Below, one piece after another: positions 56,970-64,000 of a DNA stretch of 64,000 bases; positions within the stretch are counted from its first letter, which is position 1; every line of letters starts with the position of its first letter. The position numbers and the translations under genes are program-made. Source of the DNA: an uncultured bacterium (GTDB lineage Bacteria; Bdellovibrionota; Bacteriovoracia; Bacteriovoracales; CAZZBM01); assembly GCA_964652255.1 (NCBI GenBank), contig CAZZBM010000001.1:235908-299907 (forward strand). The letters are read 5' to 3'. Under the pieces are notes generated by a model. That model worked only from the letters and a program-made list of their open reading frames with translations, did not search any database and had not been told where the DNA came from.

Positions 56970-57578
56970 TTATAATCTAAAATTCCAACTATATTGATCA
57001 TAATCTATGTAAAATTTAATATCTTGTTCATTTTTTGAGTTTAACTCTGATTCAAGAGAATAAGCTGGATAATGAAGCTCTAGAGTATAAGGAAGAGATG
57101 GACTAGAAACATTAGTCCAAGGATTTCCATGAGGACCTGTAACAGAGACAAAATAAGTATACTTTTTATTTCCTACTGGTCCAATTAAACTTCCGCCATA
57201 AACACTCACCAAACATCCCTTTTGAAGGCATTGATTCCCTAGAAGTACTACTAAATCTGTTGAATCTTGAAGAGCTTCATTAGTCTTTACTTTAATATGA
57301 GCAGTAGAATAATTTGTAAATTTTGTATCTTTCTCTAAAATAATTTCTAAGGGGTTAGTTTCAGATTGAGGTTTTACTGTCTGAACAAAAGGAGTTAACT
57401 GATTTTGAATGGTAGAAACTGGAGTGTTTTGATCAGACTTAATTCCTGAGCTTTTTCCAGCGATTTCAACGTCATTTTCTTTTTCAGATATATCCTCATT
57501 AAGAGATGAGTTTTTTCTTTCTTGATGAGGATTAGATAATTCTAAACAAGAAAATAATATTAAAAATAATAATTTCAT
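56970..57578 (-). CDS. small paralogous lipoprotein, array member 2 of 5
   Basis: N-terminus MKLLFLILFSC. Family blocks TAHIKVKT, CLQKGCLVSV, TGPHGNPW, SPSLPY and YSWNFRL. Confidence 0.7.
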   Translation of the reverse strand: MKLLFLILFSCLELSNPHQERKNSSLNEDISEKENDVEIAGKSSGIKSDQNTPVSTIQNQLTPFVQTVKPQSETNPLEIILEKDTKFTNYSTAHIKVKTNEALQDSTDLVVLLGNQCLQKGCLVSVYGGSLIGPVGNKKYTYFVSVTGPHGNPWTNVSSPSLPYTLELHYPAYSLESELNSKNEQDIKFYIDYDQYSWNFRL

Positions 57579-58090
57579 TAATTACCCTCCTGAAAGGATA
57601 CTGTGATTTTTTCTTCTTTATTCCAAAGATTATTAGAATTATTTAGAGCTTGAAAAGTTTTAGGTAAAAAAATAAATTCTAAATTTTTAGGCAAATTATC
57701 TTTATTAGTAATTTTTATTTCATATTGATATTCATATCCATCATTATTATTGATTTTTGTTACTTTAGGGTAAGAAGTTGTACATTTTTTTTTACAAGTA
57801 AATTTTAAAAAAGCAGATAACACCAGAGCAGGACAAATAAAAGAATTGCTAAGCATATTAACAATAACATGATCATTCATTACATTATAAATTTTTTGAG
57901 GAAATAAAATTTGAATATTAGAATTATTGTTTGGATCTATTGGTTCTATGTTTTGATCAGAATCTTCTAAAGAATAATCTTCAGGACTATAGCTATTGAT
58001 AATATTGTTAATATTCTCTTGAGTTGAAGATGAACTCTCTGATTTTTTATTTTCTCTACAAGAAAACAATACTAAAAACAATACAAACAT
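57578..58090 (-). CDS. small lipoprotein, array member 1 of 5 (most divergent)
   Basis: N-terminus MFVLFLVLFSC. Similar size, position and C-terminal ITVSFQEGN. 1-nt start/stop overlap with the next gene. Paralogy to the other four is weak. Confidence 0.6.
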   Translation of the reverse strand: MFVLFLVLFSCRENKKSESSSSTQENINNIINSYSPEDYSLEDSDQNIEPIDPNNNSNIQILFPQKIYNVMNDHVIVNMLSNSFICPALVLSAFLKFTCKKKCTTSYPKVTKINNNDGYEYQYEIKITNKDNLPKNLEFIFLPKTFQALNNSNNLWNKEEKITVSFQEGN

Positions 58091-58123
58091 TTCAATAATG
58101 TATCGTCTTATTTGTAAAAAATC

Positions 58124-59152
58124 TTAATTCAAAGTGACTCCAAAAATTTTTCCAATAAAAAAAGTTCCAAGTCCAGCTATTAAACCAAAAACAAGCTGCC
58201 TAAAACCTGAGTATATTGGTGATTTATTGGTAAAAAGAGTAATTAAGGCTCCTAAAATAAAGAGTCCTAATAAACTCCAAAAACTTGACCAAAAAAGAGT
58301 CCACTTAGTAATGAAAAAAAAAGGAATAAGAGGGATAAAACCACTGACCATAAAAAGAATAAAAGAAGCCAAAGCAGCCTCTAGAGGTGAATCTTGTATT
58401 TCTTCATTTCTTAGATTTGATTCTTCAAGTTGAAGGAACTCTTCTTTTTTCTTTTCATCTTTTATAAGATTTTCTAGTTCTTTTTCTAATCCCTGAGTTT
58501 TTAAAATTAAAAACAACTCTTCTTTTTCTACATTTTTATTTTCACTTATTTCTTCTTCATGAAGGACAAGAGAGTGTTCATAAAGCTCTCGTGAACTTTT
58601 TACTGAAATCCACTCTCCCATAGCCATAGATAAAGCTCCTGCTAATAATCCAGCAAAGCCTGACAAAAGAATTTCTTTTTGTCCCATAGTTGCACCTGCA
58701 ACACCAGCTACTAATATAAAGATAGATAAAAGACCATCATTAGCTCCAAGAACAGCCGCTCTTAAAGCATTAGCAGCTCCAGGTCTATATTTTTTTTCAA
58801 AAGAAACAAGATAATTATGTTTGAAAAAATCTTTATTCCATAAATTATTAAGAATGATAGCGTGAGCTGTATCTGAAACTTTTCTTTTTTGACGTAATTT
58901 TTTTCTAAGAGATAAAACAGCTAAAGAGTAACTTTTTTCTTCTTCTAACAATAAACTCTCTACATAATGAAAGCCAAATAGTTGACCTAATAATTTTAAA
59001 AGATGAACTCTTAAAGAAGGTTTCAGATCTTGTTTGGCTAGTTTTCTTTCTATTTTAGCAAGAGAAGCATAAATCTCTCTGGATAAAGCATCCTTTGCTT
59101 TTTTAGATAAAACTTCATAAAGAAAAGCTGTATCAATATGTTTTTGATTCAT
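58124..59152 (-). CDS. VIT1/CCC1-family iron/manganese transporter with N-terminal helical (ferritin-like?) domain
   Basis: GANDGLLSIFILVAGVAG and MGEWISV motifs of the VIT family. Acidic loop between the TM halves. 342 aa. Confidence 0.75.
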   Translation of the reverse strand: MNQKHIDTAFLYEVLSKKAKDALSREIYASLAKIERKLAKQDLKPSLRVHLLKLLGQLFGFHYVESLLLEEEKSYSLAVLSLRKKLRQKRKVSDTAHAIILNNLWNKDFFKHNYLVSFEKKYRPGAANALRAAVLGANDGLLSIFILVAGVAGATMGQKEILLSGFAGLLAGALSMAMGEWISVKSSRELYEHSLVLHEEEISENKNVEKEELFLILKTQGLEKELENLIKDEKKKEEFLQLEESNLRNEEIQDSPLEAALASFILFMVSGFIPLIPFFFITKWTLFWSSFWSLLGLFILGALITLFTNKSPIYSGFRQLVFGLIAGLGTFFIGKIFGVTLN

Positions 59153-59274
59153 GCTTTATATTGACAAAAAAATTATTATTTTAGAATTCTTTATTTTTTT
59201 TCCATGTTAGTCCTAATACCGTTCAAAATATTTGAATTTTGTCTGTTTGAAAATTCTAATCTCTCTGATAAGCA

Positions 59275-59504
59275 TTATGCCTTATCCACAAAGCTTGATA
59301 AAAGTTCCATATGCTTGCTATCAAAAAGAGGCAAGGTACTTTTTACCAACTCCACAGCTTTATTACAATTTTTAATGGCGCCATCTAGTATATCTAAGTA
59401 TCCTTCTAATATTTTTATTAGATCATCTACAGATATGTTTGATTGAGGCAGGTTTTCTATAATTTTTTTTTTTTAATTTCTACTACCTTTAATGTATCTT
59501 CTGC
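59275..59504 (-). pseudogene. eroded ORF fragments interrupted at an A12/T12 homopolymer
   Basis: On the minus strand, the frame AEDTLKVVEIKKKK runs into a 12-nt A tract (59463-59474) and stops. The next frame continues IIENLPQSNISVDDLIKILEGYLDILDGAIKNCNKAVELVKSTLPLFDSKHMELLSSFVDKA*. One extra A would fuse the two. There is no start codon, and further stop-riddled fragments lie upstream to ~59640. Confidence 0.3.
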
Positions 59505-59747
59505 TTATTTCAAACAAAAAAAGCTTGATCAAAAGCTGCACTAAAATTCTCTGCTAATAAAGAATTCATTTCTACTGATTGCTTTACTTGTTGTTTTAAG
59601 CAATTTATTTATTTTTCTAAATTTAAAGCTAAAAACAAGAGGAATGATTTAAGTGACATATAACATATATGTCCTTTTAAAATTATTATATCTTTAGTAA
59701 ATTACGTCTAAAAGGTCAACACTTAAGAAATACAATAGTTAATAGTT

Positions 59748-59781
59748 ATTGGATTTAAGTTTTTTTAAACTTAAATCCAAT
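59748..59781. terminator. perfect 15-bp AT-rich hairpin followed by TTTT
   Basis: ATTGGATTTAAGTTT-tttt-AAACTTAAATCCAAT then TTTC. Lies 54 nt downstream of the 59835 gene stop, in the largest non-coding gap of the window. Confidence 0.4.
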
Positions 59782-59834
59782 TTTCATCAATCAATTATAA
59801 TCAACGATAATCTCTATCTATTTTTAATTCTGCT

Positions 59835-60494
59835 TTAATTCTTTAACATATAATCCCCGAATGCTTCAATATAAGGCCACGTTCTTTTGTTCAAAGACTT
59901 AAATATTTCATCTATCCAGAGGGTACCCTCATTAATTTTTTTTAAAATAGCACTTTTTTTTGTGTTTAAAGAATCTTTTGTTTCATGAGGCAAATTACTA
60001 GCATCTATGCGACGTTCTATTTTTTCTAGTTCTTCTCGATATTGAGATAATTTCTCCAATAATTCTATTGCAAATTTCATTATTTTATTTGATTCCTCTA
60101 TTGCTTCCGAGGGAGTCAGGCTAAATTTTGCTGTATATTCTACGAAAACAAAATATTTCACCTTTAATTCTTCAATACCTAAAGATATTTTTTCAAGTTT
60201 TTCATTTATAGCACCTATTGATTTTTTTAGATCTCCCTCAAGATCTGGACCAGTAACATTATCATCTGAACCCACAGAACTAAGAGTAGAAGATGTTTCA
60301 ACCACATTAGCTACAGGTTTTTCATTATAAACAACAGCAGGCTGTGGTGCTACAACATTTTCAGAAACATGGACAACTCCTTTTTGTGGCTTTGGACTTG
60401 GTGGTAGAGCAGATGAAGGTACCCCTGTGTCTAAACACCCTGTAGAAGGTAAAACAGCAGTAAGTAAAACAAAAAATATTGATCTCACTAACAT
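59835..60494 (-). CDS. hypothetical lipoprotein with Pro/Val-rich linker and helical C-terminal domain
   Basis: N-terminus MLVRSIFFVLLTAVLPSTGC. This lipobox flavour differs from the FFSC type used elsewhere. The 5' half is visibly GC-richer (~38-43% in 60-nt lines) than its surroundings. Confidence 0.6.
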   Translation of the reverse strand: MLVRSIFFVLLTAVLPSTGCLDTGVPSSALPPSPKPQKGVVHVSENVVAPQPAVVYNEKPVANVVETSSTLSSVGSDDNVTGPDLEGDLKKSIGAINEKLEKISLGIEELKVKYFVFVEYTAKFSLTPSEAIEESNKIMKFAIELLEKLSQYREELEKIERRIDASNLPHETKDSLNTKKSAILKKINEGTLWIDEIFKSLNKRTWPYIEAFGDYMLKN

Positions 60495-60648
60495 AAAATA
60501 ACTCCTTATTTTTTTTATTTCAGTATTCTAGTGAACATACTTTATTGAAAAATAAAAATCAATCAAGATCGCCCTATTAACAACAAAGACATTTTTCCCT
60601 TCCACTTTCTTTTCTTTTTCTCCTGTGTTATTTCCTAAGATGTCTTTT

Positions 60649-60935
60649 GAGAGGATTGGGTTATTGCTGATGTCAGAGGAAAGTCCGGACACCACAAAGC
60701 ATCCTAGCGGGTAACGCCCGTCCATCGCAAGATGAGGACTAGTGCAACAGAAAGAATGTACGCTTCTTTGAAGGCTGTAGTGAAATCAGGTAAACTCTAG
60801 GAGGTGCAAGTTCAAATAGGCTAACATTGTTTGCTTTGACAAAAAAGTTAGCGGGTAGAACGCAAAGAAATCTTTGGTAACAAAGATTCAAGAGAAATAA
60901 TAACCTTCGACAAAATCCGGCTTATAGATCCTCTC
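60649..60935 (+). ncRNA. rnpB: RNase P RNA, bacterial type A, compact (~287 nt)
   Basis: Conserved P4 strands GAGGAAAGTCCGGAC and ACAAAATCCGGCTTAT. Other conserved elements: ACAGAAA, GGTAAACTC, GGTGCAAG. The P1 stem pairs GAGAGGAT with ATCCTCTC. P3 is reduced to CTGA-tg-TCAG. Confidence 0.85.
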
Positions 60936-62277
60936 AAAAGACAAAAACTTTTTTTATACTCATAGCTAAAAAAGGATCAAGGGATCCTTCTTTAGTATTT
61001 CCACTTGAAAGATTAAAGGCTCCAAAAGGAACATGATCTAAACGATAAGAGGGTCCTTCATTAAGAAGGAGGGTTCCTGTTTTTAAATGCTGAAAAAAAT
61101 ATTTAATTTTTTTTTGATCTTGAGTTAAAAGTCCTGCTTGAAGCATGTATGAACTTCGATGAATTTTATTGAGAACTTCTTCTTCTGTTTTAAAGGAGAA
61201 CAAAGGAAAAACAGGACCAAAGAATTCTTCTTTAAAAAGATTTTCTTCTCCTCTTAAAAGAATAGGATTTAAATAAGCCTTTTTAGGTTTAGTAATCAAG
61301 AGAGGCTTTAAGGAACTAAATTGATCATAAAGATCTTGTGCACTTTTTTCAGTTACTAATGGTGCAAGTACACAATTCTGATCATAAGGAGAAGAAGCTT
61401 CAATGGTTTTTAATTTAGAAAATAATTTTTCTTCAAATTCTTCAATTAAACTTTCATGAATAAAAAATCTTTTAGCAGCAGTACATCTTTGTCCAGAACA
61501 ACCTAATCTATGAGCAAGAGCTAGTTCTATCCCTAAGTTTAAATCAGCATCTTCTAATAAAATTAAAGGATCATTACCACCAAGTTCAAAAAGATGTTTT
61601 TTTCCTAAACTATTTTTTAAAATTAGATCAGCAACTATAGGACCTCCTGTAAAAGAGATCCCTTCAATTTTAGGATGAGAAATTAATTTCAAAAAATCTT
61701 CATTACTAGGATTTATCATTTGAAGATCTTCTTTTGAAAAACCTGCTTCATACAAAAGATCAAGAAAGAAAGAAGCAAATTCATAAGTTTGTGGATGCGG
61801 TTTATACAAAAAATGATTTCCCATAAGATAAGCTGGTACAATTTTATGTAAAGCTAAATTTAAAGGAAAATTAAAAGGAACAATAAGAACTAAACAACCC
61901 AAAGGAAAAAGTTCAGTAAAAACATATTTTTTTTCTTGATTCAGATAAGTATCAGAATAATAAACTTCTCCTTTGATTTGTTGATAACAACTTAAAGCTG
62001 ATTCAAGAGTGATAAGACCTCGATCAACTTCTATTAAACTTTCTTTCAAACTCTTTCCCATGGTTTTGGTAATAAGGTGAGCTAATTGTTCTTTTTCTTT
62101 CTCTAAAAGAGAGGCAAGTTTTTTAATCACTTGTGTTTTTTCTCTTGAACTCTTTTCATTAGGTTTTAATATCTCTAATTTTTTCCAAGGTTCATGATCA
62201 AGAGGACTTTTTAGGGGAGATTCATCAATAGGACTTCTCATGAAATTCTTTGTACAAAAAATATTAAAAAAAGACAA
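60934..62277 (-). CDS. NAD(P)-dependent aldehyde dehydrogenase family protein
   Basis: FELGGNDP (ELGGK-type Glu motif) and GCSGQRCTAAKR (catalytic Cys). 447 aa. Substrate not assignable. Confidence 0.8.
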   Translation of the reverse strand: MSFFNIFCTKNFMRSPIDESPLKSPLDHEPWKKLEILKPNEKSSREKTQVIKKLASLLEKEKEQLAHLITKTMGKSLKESLIEVDRGLITLESALSCYQQIKGEVYYSDTYLNQEKKYVFTELFPLGCLVLIVPFNFPLNLALHKIVPAYLMGNHFLYKPHPQTYEFASFFLDLLYEAGFSKEDLQMINPSNEDFLKLISHPKIEGISFTGGPIVADLILKNSLGKKHLFELGGNDPLILLEDADLNLGIELALAHRLGCSGQRCTAAKRFFIHESLIEEFEEKLFSKLKTIEASSPYDQNCVLAPLVTEKSAQDLYDQFSSLKPLLITKPKKAYLNPILLRGEENLFKEEFFGPVFPLFSFKTEEEVLNKIHRSSYMLQAGLLTQDQKKIKYFFQHLKTGTLLLNEGPSYRLDHVPFGAFNLSSGNTKEGSLDPFLAMSIKKVFVF

Positions 62278-63988
62278 AGAAGCTTTTAGCTAAAAAAGCT
62301 AAGAAATAACTTAAAAGCAAAGAATAAAAGATAAGAGAAAAAGTCCAAAAAAAACTTTTACTCTCTTTATAAAAAGTCACAAAAGTAGAAAGACATAAAG
62401 GAGCTAGAATAAACCAAAAAAGAAGAGCTATTAAAGTTGATTTTGGATAAGTGAGTAGAAGTGCTTCACTTAAGGAGTATTGATCAGAAGCAAACAGTGT
62501 TCCTAGACTTGATACAATAACCTCTCTCGCAGTTAAAGAAGCTAGTAATGTAGTATTAATTCTCCAATCAAAACCAAGTGGAGAAAAAATAAATTCTATT
62601 TTTTTTCCTATGAAAGCAGCAAAGCTATTTTCTCTACTTTCTGGATAGTGAGATAAAAACCAAATAATAGAAGAAGAAATAATAATTACAGGACCAACTT
62701 TTTTAATAAAAGTGATGAGGCGATAAGCTACTTCTTTAAACAAAAACTGAATCTTTGGCCACTGATAAGTTGGAAATTCTATGATGGAATGTAGGAGAAT
62801 CTTCTTTTTTTTAAAAAATATTTTTAAAAGATAAGCTGTTAAAAAAGAAAAAAATAAGGAAATAAAATAAAGTAAAAAAAGAAAGAGACCTTGATAGAAA
62901 GTATTCTTAACTAGGGTTTTAATGAGAAGAGTGTAGAGGGGCAAACGAGCAGAACAAGTGGTAAGAGGAATGATAAAAAGAGTAACTAGACGCTGAGAAG
63001 GGTGTTCAATGGTTTTAGTACTCAGCATGGCTGGAATAGCACAAGCGTGACCAGCTAAAAGAGCAATAAAGGATCGACCAGAGAGTCCAAGAAATTTCAT
63101 GAGATCACTAAGGAGAAAAGTCATTCTGGTGAGATAACCTGAAATTTCTAAGAATAAGAGAAAAAAGAAGAGAAAAGTTAGGTAAGGTAAAAAAGCAAAA
63201 ATAATTTTTAATCCTTCTAAGATACCTTCAACAAAAAATTCTTTGTAAGGAAGAGAAGATGTAAGAATTATTTTTTGAAAAAATTCAAAAATAAAAGCAA
63301 TGAATTCATCAAAAGGTTTTGCCCAAGAAAATAATATTTGAAAAAAAACAAATAAAATCATCACAAGACTCATAAGTCCCCAAAAAGGATGCAAAATAAA
63401 ACGATCTAAGCTATCTGTCAGTTGATCATTTTCCAAAGGTTTAAGAGTCATCTTTTGAGCAAGATGAAGAGCTTGTTTGAAGGCTTCTTCAAAATCTAAT
63501 AATTCTTGTTTTTCTTCTGGTTTTTTCCACAAAAGAGGAAGATGTTTTTTTATTTCTTCTTTATAAATAACAGGACAATCAAGTTCTTTTTCTAAGCTTT
63601 GAAAGTTTAAAACCTGACCTCTTTTTCTAGCTAGATCGAGCATGGTAGGAACCACTACTACTTGAAATCCTTTTTTTTTAAACTGAAGAAGAAGAGCTAA
63701 ACTTTTTCTTAAATGAGTCACATCTAAAGCAAATAAAAGACTTAACCTATCCTTATCTCTTGTTAAAAAATAGGAAGTCACTTGTTCTTCTGCATTTTGT
63801 GGATTGGAACTTGTAATCCCTGGAAGGTCTATTAAATAAACAGATTCCTTTTCACAAAAACAAAGAGCTTCTTTTTTTTCAAAAGTGACTCCAGAATAAT
63901 TAGCTATTTTTTGTCTTTCTTTAGTAAGTTCATTAAAAAGAGTACTTTTTCCTGAGTTAGGAAGTCCTAAAATAGCATAAGTTTTCAT
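62264..63988 (-). CDS. feoB: ferrous iron transporter FeoB (short form)
   Basis: N-terminal G domain (GLPNSGKSTLFN G1, DLPG G3) followed by a polytopic membrane domain. 574 aa. Any FeoA gene would lie beyond the window end. Confidence 0.85.
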   Translation of the reverse strand: MKTYAILGLPNSGKSTLFNELTKERQKIANYSGVTFEKKEALCFCEKESVYLIDLPGITSSNPQNAEEQVTSYFLTRDKDRLSLLFALDVTHLRKSLALLLQFKKKGFQVVVVPTMLDLARKRGQVLNFQSLEKELDCPVIYKEEIKKHLPLLWKKPEEKQELLDFEEAFKQALHLAQKMTLKPLENDQLTDSLDRFILHPFWGLMSLVMILFVFFQILFSWAKPFDEFIAFIFEFFQKIILTSSLPYKEFFVEGILEGLKIIFAFLPYLTFLFFFLLFLEISGYLTRMTFLLSDLMKFLGLSGRSFIALLAGHACAIPAMLSTKTIEHPSQRLVTLFIIPLTTCSARLPLYTLLIKTLVKNTFYQGLFLFLLYFISLFFSFLTAYLLKIFFKKKKILLHSIIEFPTYQWPKIQFLFKEVAYRLITFIKKVGPVIIISSSIIWFLSHYPESRENSFAAFIGKKIEFIFSPLGFDWRINTTLLASLTAREVIVSSLGTLFASDQYSLSEALLLTYPKSTLIALLFWFILAPLCLSTFVTFYKESKSFFWTFSLIFYSLLLSYFLAFLAKSFFVFF

Positions 63989-64000
63989 TGAAATTTTAAA

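Noticed and set aside
59204-59446. 80-aa plus-strand ORF in the long intergenic gap
   Set aside because: It is antisense to the better-looking (though broken) minus-strand reading frame. It has no SD, its composition is odd, and it is probably a shadow of the pseudogene remnant. It is retained only as part of the islet finding.
60528-60725. 65-aa minus-strand ORF in the track
   Set aside because: It overlaps the 5' part of the RNase P RNA on the opposite strand, has no ribosome-binding site, and its composition is dictated by the RNA gene.
58124-63988. VIT1-type transporter and FeoB as an iron-homeostasis island
   Set aside because: The two genes are separated by the islet, rnpB and an aldehyde dehydrogenase. 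They share no operon structure, and both are ordinary chromosomal genes. Their proximity is probably coincidental.

Overview
This is an AT-rich (roughly 30% GC by eye), very gene-dense 64-kb chromosomal window from a diderm bacterium. It holds about 75 protein-coding genes, four tRNAs (Lys-UUU, Glu-UUC, Ser-GGA and a CAU tRNA, all with encoded CCA) and a compact type-A RNase P RNA. I see no rRNA, CRISPR array, transposase, integrase or phage genes. The code is standard (TGA is used as a stop). Recognisable housekeeping genes are rpsT, rpsD, alr, aspS, accD, birA, rsmJ, mreB, tadA, dCMP deaminase, a cold-shock protein, a Mn-type SOD, HemW, M3/M16/M23 peptidases, an MlaEFD-type ABC system, an ABC exporter, VIT1-type and FeoB iron transporters, and an aldehyde dehydrogenase. 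An AgmX/PglI-type C-terminal domain, TolQ/TolR genes embedded among giant TPR proteins, GYF_2 domains and several membrane FHA proteins suggest a Bdellovibrionota/Myxococcota-like lineage; this is inference only. Seven things deserve a second look. (1) An operon of three ~770-820-aa paralogous Cys-rich lipoproteins (9121-16217) has no recognisable family and a shared beta-signal-like C-terminus. (2) A tandem array of five small paralogous (lipo)proteins lies at 55382-58090. (3) A compact Agl/Glt-like TolQR-TPR-AgmX envelope machine operon lies at 18912-28815. (4) An orphan TadC-like platform protein sits with a DUF192 protein and three membrane FHA proteins (40120-46956), followed by three tiny secreted-peptide genes. 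(5) An eroded, compositionally odd islet lies beside rnpB. (6) There is an archaemetzincin-like lipoprotein. (7) The tadA reading frame terminates inside a tRNA-Ser gene. All calls come from reading motifs in the supplied translations and DNA. No similarity search was run, and many start codons are uncertain by a few codons.
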